The position numbers and the translations under genes were made by a program. Below, one piece after another: positions 1-8,504 of a stretch of 15,434 bases of DNA (position 1 is the stretch's first letter; each line of letters starts with the position of its first letter). The notes beneath the pieces were generated by a model. That model saw nothing but the letters and a program-made list of their open reading frames with translations. It did no database searches and was not told the origin of the DNA. The stretch comes from Octopus sinensis (Eukaryota), in the NCBI RefSeq assembly GCF_006345805.1, contig NW_021825560.1:1-15434 (forward strand), in the 5' to 3' direction.

Positions 1-88
1 GCAGAAGACACTTGCCCAAGATGCCACGCAGTGGGACTGAACCCGGAACCATGTGGTTGGTTAGCAAGCTACTTACCACACAGCCACT
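1..88 (-). mobile_element. SINE family A, tRNA-like head, cut by window edge
   Basis: Reverse complement of the head at 11577-11670, with A-box TGGCTGTGTGG and B-box GGTTCAGTCC. Confidence 0.9.
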
Positions 89-93
89 GAAAG

Positions 94-273
94 ATATTCT
101 TTTCTACTCTAGGCCCGAATTTTGGGGGGAGGGCGGGGGAGTCGATTAGATCGACCCCAGTACGCAACTGGTACTTAATTTATTGACCCCGAAAGGATGA
201 AAGGCAAAGTCAACCTCGGCAGAATTTGAACTCAGAACGTAAAGACACACGAAATACCGCTAAGTATTTCGCC
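94..273 (-). mobile_element. SINE family B, lacking extreme 5' end
   Basis: Reverse complement of the body and tail at 7070-7245 (gagttcaaattc...gcctttcatcctttcggggtc...aagtaccagttgcgtactggggtcgatc). Confidence 0.9.
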
Positions 274-277
274 TTAT

Positions 278-410
278 GAGGAGAAAGCTGGCAGAAACGT
301 TAGCACGTCGGGCGAAATGCGTAGCCGTATTTCGTCTGTCGTTACGGTGTGAGTTCAAATTCCGCCGAGGTCGACTTTGCCTTTCATCCTTTCGGGGTCG
401 ATAAGTTAAC
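278..410 (+). mobile_element. SINE family B, 3' truncated
   Basis: A-box-like TGGCAGAAACGTT and B-box GAGTTCAAATTCC; matches the 7035 copy. Confidence 0.9.
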
Positions 411-495
411 ATGTTTTCTGCGGTGTAGAATTTACAATGTAATTATTCTTTTTCATTCCATGTGCCTTTATATTAAACATTTGCGAAGAGTAACC

Positions 496-925
496 ATGCC
501 ACACACAAAAAAAATCAGCAGAACTGTAAGATTTTCAAAGAGGTCGTATTGTTGGGCAATCTGAGGCTGGTCTTAGCCAGCGAAAAATTGCCTAAAATCT
601 TCAAATTCCTCTTGCTACTGTTAATAGAATTATAGTGCAATTCAAAAGCAAAGGAAAAGAATCAACAGATTCTCGTCCCGGCCGACCTGGGCTCTCGGAA
701 AGGAAGCTTCGCTGTTTGAAGAGAATTGTGGAAAACGAACCCCGTTCGAAGGCTTCTGACATTGCAAAACAGCTAGAAGTTAGTTCAAGAACGTGTGTTA
801 CATATCTGCATAAGCTTGGGTATTATGGACGAGCAGCTAGAAGAAAACCTCTCCTTCAACCAATTAATATCATGAAAAGAAAGAAATGGGCTAAGGAGCT
901 GTCAGAAAAATGCAGTTCATTTGGG
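496..925 (+). pseudogene. Tc1-like transposase N-terminal fragment (HTH region), degraded
   Basis: ATG at 496, frameshift near the A-run, then [41 protein letters not shown]...SRPGRP...[10 protein letters not shown]...KRKKWAKE, typical Tc1 GRP and RRKPLL motifs. Stop at 593-595; no DDE domain. Confidence 0.85.
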
Positions 926-936
926 GCACATATATA

Positions 937-1265
937 TTAGATGGAGAGAAACTTCCTGAGAATGTGGGCAGTTGATGTCACTACAATATTTTGAGTCTCA
1001 TAGATTGTTGGTTTCCCAGAGATCTGGTCAAAAAATTTCTCAGTACCTTTCTTGATCATTTCCAGGGCACCTGCAACAACAGGAATAGCTTTGGTTTTTA
1101 ATTGCCACGTCTTAAATATCTCAATCTGAAGGTCCTTATATTTCGACAGTTTTTCAAATTCCTTTGCTGAGATGTTTCTATCAGTAGACACTGCAATATC
1201 AATTCACGGGCAAGTTTTTTTGTTTTATATCTTTGGTGACGATGTCAGGTCTGTTATCATTTATT
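937..1265 (-). pseudogene. Non-LTR retrotransposon C-terminal restriction-like endonuclease fragment (R4/Dong-like)
   Basis: NRPDIVTKD, frameshift, then IDIAVSTDRNISAKEFEKLSKYKDLQIEI..W...IPVVAGAL...TAHILRKFLSI*: the PD..D..K..KY RLE signature. Confidence 0.85.
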
Positions 1266-1579
1266 TGCCTGTTCAATATGTATATCTACGATTTCGCCAA
1301 GCGAACAAATTAGTCAAAAATCTGACTTAAGCGATGTGGGAAGCTGTCTATTCTTCATTTGGTCGCGAGATACGTCTTAGATGTGAAAAAAAAAATCTAT
1401 TTGGTGGAGCAACGTGACAAAAGAAGATGCATCTATCCTTTAAAATCTCATCGAATAACAAGAAAGAAAATATAAAAGAAAATAAACAGCAAACAGAGGT
1501 TTTTCTCTTGTCTACAAAAGAGCAAAAGCAGGCTACATTGGCCAATGTATGAAACAATACCTTCTTTATCAACTGATTT

Positions 1580-1789
1580 ACTCTTTCACTCTTTTACTTG
1601 TTTCAGTAATTTGACTGTGGCCATGCTGGAGCACCGCCTTCAGTCGAGCAAATCGACCCCAACACTTATTCTTTTTAAGCCTAATACTTATTCTATCGGT
1701 CTATTTTGCCGAACCTCTAAGTTATGGGGACGCAAACACACCATCGGTTGTCAAGCGATGTTGGGGGGACAAAAACAGACACACAAACT

Positions 1790-1871
<82 letters not shown>

Positions 1872-2045
1872 CATATACGACGGGCTTCTTTCAGTTTCCG
1901 TCAACCAAATCCACTCACAAGGCTTTCGTCGGCCCGAGGCTATAGTAGAAGACACTTGCCCAAGGTGCCAAGCAGTGGGACTGAATCCGGAACCATGTGG
2001 TTCGTAAGCAAGCTACTTACCACACAGCCACTCCTCCTACGCCTA
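1580..2045 (-). mobile_element. SINE family A, full length, internal (CA)n(TA)n at ~1795-1868
   Basis: Collinear reverse complement of 11567-11982 from head to GTAAAAGAG tail. Confidence 0.9.
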
Positions 2046-2429
2046 CGATGTAGAAACTACTGAAGTATATGCGTTATACTGATTTCAATTTTTGGCACAA
2101 GGCCAGTAACTTCATGAGCATTTCGATAATTTCTTAGATGTTGCGTTCTTTGGACTACATTATTCCAAAATATTTCACTTTTCAAAACAGCAGAGTATAA
2201 TTTGAGGTACATTGCTATATACTTTTACCAAGTGCAGCGACTACGTCGATGTTCTAACTTAACGGGCGCTGAATCAGTTGATATGGGTGGAAATTAATCA
2301 ACGCTATTATCTGGCTGTTTTCTATTATCCAGCACTTCACAGCTCGTATTCCTACATTTTTCTCTTTTTCTTTACTCATCCTTCTGTCTCTGCTTGCGAT
2401 TATCTGCTCCTACTGATCCATCCCACCTG

Positions 2430-2778
2430 TTGTTTGTTGCTATTGCAGCCTCTCTATTCTTTTCTCCATTGTCTTTCGGCCTCATCCGGACATTAAACCC
2501 TTAAGTGATCCTTACCGCCGCACGTGTAACAGCTGTGCTTCCTGGCCTCTCGTCATCTTTGTATCTCTCCTCAGCCTCGTGGTTTCTCTTCTTGCGCTCA
2601 CGACGGGCACAGCTTCGGAATGGCTTTATGATCTTAGGGATGAATAAACGATTGCATATCCATATCGACCCTCACTTGACTACATATCACTCTTTGATAT
2701 CTCCGCAATTAACCACCTGCCCGCTCTGCTCTACAAACATGACAACAAGCCAAATGTCAATAACGTCACCAATATCTC
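2430..2778 (-). pseudogene. Degenerate gag/ORF1-like fragment with CCHC zinc knuckle
   Basis: 2531-2490 translates CYTCGGKDHLRV*C, exact CX2CX4HX4C spacing with one in-frame stop. Flanking frames are broken. Confidence 0.55.
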
Positions 2779-2980
2779 CCTCTCTCTTTTACTCTTTTAC
2801 TTGTTTCAGTCATTTGACTGCGGCCATGCTGGAGCACCGCCTTTTAGTCGAGCAAATATCGACCCTGGGCTTTTTCTTCGTAAGCCCAGTACTTATTCTA
2901 TCGGTCTCTTTTGCCGAACCGCTAAGTGACAGGGACGTAAACACACCAACATCGGTTGTCAAGCAATGCTAGGGGGACAA
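2779..2980 (-). mobile_element. SINE family A, 3' module
   Basis: Reverse complement of 11780-11982. Confidence 0.9.
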
Positions 2981-3305
2981 TTTAAATTAGAAGAATCTCC
3001 AATGAAATTTTTGGTGAAAAATTACGGAAAAACTGTACGTTATGCTGTAGTAATAATTCAGTTCATGCACGCAATTAAAACATTTTTTATAGCGAAAATT
3101 CAAAACCGAAAACTAAGTATATATTGGGTTGTCCGGAAAGTTCGTGCCGATTTATAGTAGCTTACATTTCGACATATTTTAGAACATGGTTGAGTCCATA
3201 AAATAGGATTTGACTACGCATCCATTTAGAGAACAGTTTAAGCTATCTTTTCGTGGAAGAAGGTTTATATTCCTATAACCTGTGTTAATTCTGTAAACCT
3301 TTAAA

Positions 3306-3601
3306 ATGGAAGATAAGAAAGTTCATTTTCGGCACTTGATGCTTTGGGAACCAGGCAAAAATTGCTGCAGCTCAGCTGGGATGTGTTACCCCACCCTCCA
3401 TATTCACCAAATATTGCTCCTTTGGATTTCCACTTATTCAGGTCTCTGCAGAATAGCCTTATTGGTAAAAATTTCAATTCCTTGGATGACGTAAAAAGAT
3501 ACCTTGATGAAACCACCTCAATTCTGGGAAGAGGGTATTTCAAGTTAAAGGAAAGATGGAGACGCATTGTGCAACAAAGTGGTTCATATTTGGTTGATTA
3601 A
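3306..3601 (+). pseudogene. Mariner transposase remnant: N-terminal ~15 aa joined out of frame to the C-terminus
   Basis: MEDKKVHFRHLMLWE, then LPHPPYSPNIAPLDFHLFRSLQN...ERWRRIVQQSGSY*, matching the mariner HPPYSPDLAPSD motif. Confidence 0.9.
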
Positions 3602-3619
3602 AAAATGTAATGGCAAGTA

Positions 3620-3760
3620 TAAGGTTGTCCCAAAAGTTCGTAGAAAGTCTTGGAAAATAATGGTCTTTATTTTGAGGAATAATTTTTGTTGTTTTTGTGA
3701 GTACTTGGCGAGTAAAAATTCAATTTTCGCAAGTGTTTACGAACTTTTGGGACAACCTCA
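3620..3760. mobile_element. MITE nested in the mariner 3' region
   Basis: 23-bp TIRs at 3620-3642 and 3738-3760 (1 mismatch), with TA at 3618-3619 and 3761-3762. Confidence 0.85.
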
Positions 3761-3989
3761 TATTTATTGACCTTTTCATTTCCTTTAAAAATCGGCACGA
3801 ACTTTCCGGACAACCCAATAGGTACGGAATGGTTATAGTTTTAAACAGTCAGGAGCTTGGCTTATTACTATAGAAACACGACTGGTTAAAATTACACATC
3901 TGCAAACTTTAAAAGCTATTAATTTTTATTTATTGATTTATGGCAAAAATGAATTTCATTTCCATAATTGCTCTTTTATTCTGTCATTT

Positions 3990-4242
3990 TTTTATTCTTT
4001 CATTTGTTTCAGTCATTTGACTGTGGCCATGCTGGAGCACCACTTTAAGGGGGTTTTAGTCGAATAAATCGGCCTCGGGACTCGTTCTTTGTAAACCTAG
4101 TACTTATTTTATCGGCCTCTATTGCCGAAACGCGCTAAATTACGGGGACATAAATACACCAACATCGGATAGTGGTGGCGGTGATGATGGTGGTTGTGGT
4201 GGGGGGAACAACACAGAGACAAACACGCAAATATACACATAC
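3990..4242 (-). mobile_element. SINE family A, 3' module of a split copy
   Basis: Diverged match to the A tail and 3' body. Confidence 0.85.
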
Positions 4243-4271
4243 TTAATCAATTTAATATAAATCCATAGTTA

Positions 4272-4331
<60 letters not shown>
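4272..4331. repeat. (AAT)n microsatellite
   Basis: Direct reading. Confidence 0.98.
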
Positions 4332-4754
4332 TTGCTTGTCAGTTGTTTGACCTTAACCAGTTGAGCATATCCCTTAGTGGCTGACGATATGTGCATCTCT
4401 GATCACGAGCAGAAGTAGTGGGAGAGCATCATAGCCATGTGTTGAGAGGGATTCTTTGGAGTTTGAATAATTCACCTCTGGAAACATGGGTGGTCCTTTC
4501 AACATCCTTAAACAACCCTTATTCAGGGACCTTTTGAGCGGGATGGGCTACTCAACCTGAAGAAAATTCTAACTGGGCCCCACCTGCAAGGTCATGCGCT
4601 GTTTATCTTGATATGAGATCACCATGTCGCGCACATATGGTTGTGATGCATGTGCCTGGTGTACCCTTATCATATGGGTAGTCATGATGTGTATATTGGG
4701 CTTCGTATATTTTACCCCAGTGTCACTTTGATGGCATGAACTGCTCTCTCACTC
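4332..4754 (+). mobile_element. Non-coding segment between two (AAT)n tracts; possible 3' UTR of a Dong/R4-type retroelement
   Basis: Higher-GC, non-coding block with (AAT)n on both sides. I recall it as an octopus repeat; the family assignment is inferred. Confidence 0.5.

Positions 4755-4797
<43 letters not shown>
4755..4797. repeat. (AAT)n microsatellite
   Basis: Direct reading. Confidence 0.98.
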
Positions 4798-4801
<4 letters not shown>

Positions 4802-4863
4802 TAACAATAATAGCAACAACAACAGCAATAAAGAATACATAAGATCAAAAGTGAAATATTTAG

Positions 4864-5040
4864 TACACATACATACGACGGGCTTCTTTCAGTTTCCGTC
4901 TACCAAATCCACTCACAAGGCTGTGGTCGATCCGAGGCTTTTAGTAAAAGACAGTTAGTTTGCCCAAGACGCCACGCAGTGGGACTGAACCCGGAATCTT
5001 GTGGTTTGCGAAGCAAGCTTCTTTCCACACCACCATACCT
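4864..5040 (-). mobile_element. SINE family A, 5' module of a split copy
   Basis: Reverse complement of 11570-11735. Confidence 0.85.
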
Positions 5041-5542
5041 GAAATCAATTGGAACAAAATCGAAGGAATTGAAAGGTGAAAGTCAAACAGAAGAAATCCC
5101 GATTGTGTTTCCAAGGCGGTAATTGCAAGTAAAAGATGAAAGGGAAAAAGATGCAAGGTAAAGACGGGGTGGGCATTGTTGGAATCCCTTTGTTCATAGA
5201 TATTCGCTCAGTTAGGGGTTTACTTCCTGGGGACAACAACAACAATAACAAGTCATCACTGCAACTGGGATGATTATGATTGTCTAAATGTTTTACGTGG
5301 GCGCAGGTAAGCGCAGGTGTGTCTATGTAGGCATGTGTGCGTGTGTATGTGTGTGTGAATGTGTGCATGTATGTATGTATGTGTCTATGAATGAAGATAG
5401 GTAAGTAGGTAGGTCACGTGTGGATGTATACTTTATCAAGGAGCAAGGAGTGGGGGGAAAGCAACATTCCCTTATACAAACACGACACGCGCGCACGCAC
5501 GCACACACACACACACACACACACATACACACATACACTCAG

Positions 5543-5878
5543 AGCCAACGAAGAAGCCGCTATGTGGTCACTGGAGATGCTAGAAATACCAGCCAATGAA
5601 GAAGCCGCTATGTGGTCACTGGAGATGCTAGAAATACTAGCCAATGAAGAAGCCTCTATGTGGTCACTGGAGATGCTAGAAATACCAGCCAATGAAGAAG
5701 CCTCTATGTGGTCACTGGAGATGCTAGAAATACTAGCCAATGAAGAAGCCGCTATGTGGTCACTGGAGATGCTAGAAATACTAGCCAATGAAGAAGCCGC
5801 TATGTGGTCACTGGAGATGCTAGAAATACTAGCCAATGAAGAAGCCTCTATGTGGTCACTGGAGATGCTAGAAATATC
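5543..5878. repeat. Minisatellite, 7 x 48 bp
   Basis: Unit agccaatgaagaagcc(g/t)ctatgtggtcactggagatgctagaaatac(c/t) starts at 5543, 5591, 5639, 5687, 5735, 5783 and 5831. Confidence 0.97.
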
Positions 5879-5959
5879 AGCCAAATCACCCTCAAATGAG
5901 GCCCTGTTGCTGAATTTCGGCCCTTGTGCCATCAGTAGAAAGTATTATTTTATAATTGA

Positions 5960-6150
5960 TAAGCCGACGAGCTGGCAGGATCATTAGCACGCCGGGCGAA
6001 GTTCTAAGTTCAAATTCCGCCGACGTCGACTTTGCCTTTCATCCTATCGGAGTCAATAAATTAAGTACCAGTTGCGTACTGGGTCGATCTAATCGACTGG
6101 CCCCCTCTCCCACAATTTCATGTATTGTGCCTATAATACAAAGGGTTATT
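5960..6150 (+). mobile_element. SINE family B with an internal head deletion; a tail fragment precedes it at ~5911-5945
   Basis: Head jumps gggcgaa|gttctaag; body and tail match B. Confidence 0.85.
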
Positions 6151-6163
6151 TTTTAATTAATAT

Positions 6164-6432
6164 AAGGCGGCGAGCTGGCAGAAACGTTAGCACGCCGGGC
6201 GAAATGTCTAGCGGTATTTCGTCTGCCGTTACGTTCTGAGTTCAGATTCCGCAGAGGTCGACTTTGCTTTCATCCTTTCGGGGTCGATTAAATAAGTACC
6301 AGTTACACACTGAGGTCGATATAATCGACTTAATCCGTTTGGCTGTCCTTCTTTGTCCTCTCTGTGTTTAGCCCCTTGTGGGTAGTAAAGAAATAGGTAT
6401 TTCGTCTGTCCGCACATAATGAGTTCAAATTC
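6164..6432 (+). mobile_element. SINE family B, alternative-tail variant (B2), followed by a head-truncated restart
   Basis: Full head, tail ...gccccttgtgggtagtaaagaaata, then ggtatttcgtctg...gagttcaaattc. Confidence 0.85.
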
Positions 6433-6476
6433 CCCCCTTTCCCCCCAACTTCTTCAGTTTTTACTTTTTCCACAAC

Positions 6477-6550
6477 ACTAATCCTAAAACCTAACCCTAA
6501 CCCCTAAAACCCTAACCCTAACTCAAAAACTCTAACCCTAACCCTAAAAC
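6477..6550. repeat. Degenerate interstitial telomere-like (CCCTAA)n tract
   Basis: CCTAAC/CCCTAA units mixed with CCTAAAAC variants. Confidence 0.8.
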
Positions 6551-6896
6551 CGTAACAGTAAGTACAGAAATGTTTTGAAATTTTTGTCCGAATCATGATG
6601 TCCGTATTATTCCGCATATTTAGAAAAGAAAAATTCTTGAAAAAAATTTTACAAAGAGTTTTGGAAATTGTTTTTCAGAATCATAATCTCCGTATTTTTC
6701 TGCATATTTTGAGAGAGAAAAATTGTGGAAAAAGTTAAAAATGAAGGAAATAGGGGTGGTAATTTAGAAATGTCGATTTTTGCCAATTTATTTTGCAGAT
6801 TCGTATTCCCCGTAGCCGAAAAGTGGGGTTTGTATTGAAAAAAAAAAATTTTTTTAAGGGTGGTTTTTGGTGGGGGACGGGCGGAAGTCTTGCCTG

Positions 6897-7800
6897 AAAT
6901 TCTGCTGCGGTCGACTCTACTTTTCATCCTTTCGGAGTCGATAAATTAAGTACCAGCTGCATACTGGGGTCGGTCAAATCAACTGGCCCTCTTTCCCCAA
7001 ATTTCAAGCCTTGTGCCTATAGTAAAAATGATTAAAGCGGCGAGCTGGCAGAAACGTTAGCACGCCGGGCGAAATGCCTAGCGGTATTTCGTCTGTCTTT
7101 ACGTTCTGAGTTCAAATCCGCCGAGGTCTACTTTGCCTTTCATCCTTTCGGGGTCGATAAATTAAGTACCAGTTGCGTACTGGGGTCGATCTAATCGACT
7201 GGTCCCCTCCCAAAAAATTTCGGGCCTTGTGCCTAGAGTAGAAAAGGATAAATTAAGTACCAGCTGCATACTGGGGTCGGTCAAATCAACTGGCCCCCTC
7301 TCTCCAAATTTCAAGCCTTGTGCCTATAGTAGAAATGATTAAGGAGGCAAGCTGGCAGAATCGTTAACACACCAGGCAAAATACTAAGCAGCAGTTTGTC
7401 TGTCTTTATGTTCTGAGTTCAAATCCGCCGAGGTCTACTTTGCCTTTCATCCTTTCGGAGTCGATAAATTAAGTACCAGTTGCGTACTGGGGTCGATCTA
7501 ATCGACTGGTCCCCTCCCAAAAATTTCGGGCCTTGTGCCTAGAGTAGAAAAGGATAAATTAAGTACCAGCTGCATACTGGGGTCGGTCAAATCAACTGGC
7601 CCCCTCTCTCCAAATTTCAAGCCTTGTGCCTATAGTAAAAATGATTAAAGCGGCGAGCTGGCAGAAACGTTAGCACGCCGGGCGAAATGCCTAGCGGTAT
7701 TTCGTCTGTCTTTACGTTCTGAGTTCAAATTCCGCCGAGGTCGACTTTGCGTTCCCTCCTTTCAGAGCCGATGATATAAATACCAGTTGGATACTAGAGT
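6897..7800 (+). repeat. Tandem array of SINE B, ~307-bp period, ~2.7 units
   Basis: gataaattaagtaccagctgc recurs at 6940, 7247 and 7553; heads at ~7035, ~7340 and ~7648. Confidence 0.92.
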
Positions 7801-7963
7801 GGATGTAATTGACTTACCTCTCAGACAAAATCGTTGACCTCATTCCAAAATGAAACACCAAAACTTTATTATTAGTAACAACTTTTGTACTAAGAGGACT
7901 TATCTCCACCGGATCTTCATCTTAGTGCATTCGGACCATAATTCCATAATTCAGCCGCGTTAG

Positions 7964-8300
7964 ATTTTTTTTTTCTCTCTCTAGTTTCAGCTCAGAGCTG
8001 CGGCCATGCTGATGCACCGCCGTTTTGTGCAACACTGTTATTACTAAGAGCCTCTTCTAATATGTAGCACTTGGTGAAGAATGGAGTTTGATATAGCAAC
8101 CCTCATTTGCACCTCTTGCCGTGAGGTAGGCTCATCTGGGACTCTCGACAGGAAGAGGTTCAGCTTTGATTTAAAAAACCCTATATCTACTTTCTGCAAG
8201 TTCTTCAAACTCTTTGGGAGAATATTAAAAAGCTGTGGGCCCTTGAAACCCAGGCTGTTACAGTAACAGGTCTTGAAGGGTGATGGCATGCCAATATGAT
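7964..8300 (-). mobile_element. CR1/L2-group LINE 3' end: ORF2 C-terminus, short 3' UTR and A-rich tail
   Basis: ORF 8289-8044 NSLGFKGPQLFNILP...FKSKLNLFLSRVPDEP...SNSILHQ, matching the NS..RGP.LFN.LP...FK..LD.FL..PD.P pattern. Tail at 7964-7980. Confidence 0.85.
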
Positions 8301-8384
8301 TTTAAGATATACGTGAAACCGAGCAAGAGTGTCTTATATCGCATTTTCTAATTAAACCTTATAAAATGACGACGCACGGACTCT

Positions 8385-8415
8385 GTGTTTGTGTATGTGT
8401 GTGTGTGTGTGTGTG

Positions 8416-8460
<45 letters not shown>

Positions 8461-8470
8461 CGTGCGCGTG
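8385..8470. repeat. (GT)n microsatellite
   Basis: Direct reading. Confidence 0.97.
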
Positions 8471-8504
8471 TGTTAGTGTCTATGTATGTATATATGTATG
8501 TACA

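Larger units (their letters stand above)
3124..3818 (+). mobile_element. Internally deleted mariner transposon
   Basis: Perfect 30-bp TIRs at 3124-3153 and 3789-3818 (ttgggttgtccggaaagttcgtgccgattt), with TA at 3122-3123 and 3819-3820. Confidence 0.95.

Noticed and set aside
1545-2063. ORFs with HT/YI/VC runs (also 8385-8886, 11690-12010, 12952-13172)
   Set aside because: They are translations of microsatellites and SINE bodies.
5543-5878. CRISPR array
   Set aside because: Units are contiguous with no unique spacers, there are no cas genes, and the context is eukaryotic.
5414-5987. 172-aa and 189-aa ORFs as genes
   Set aside because: Openness follows from a stop-free 48-bp unit plus a (CA)n tract; there is no independent coding evidence.
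6477-6550. True telomere or chromosome end
   Set aside because: The tract is short, degenerate and internal.
7889-8049. tactaagag at ~7888 and ~8042 as a TSD
   Set aside because: The second copy lies inside the LINE ORF end, so it cannot flank an insertion.
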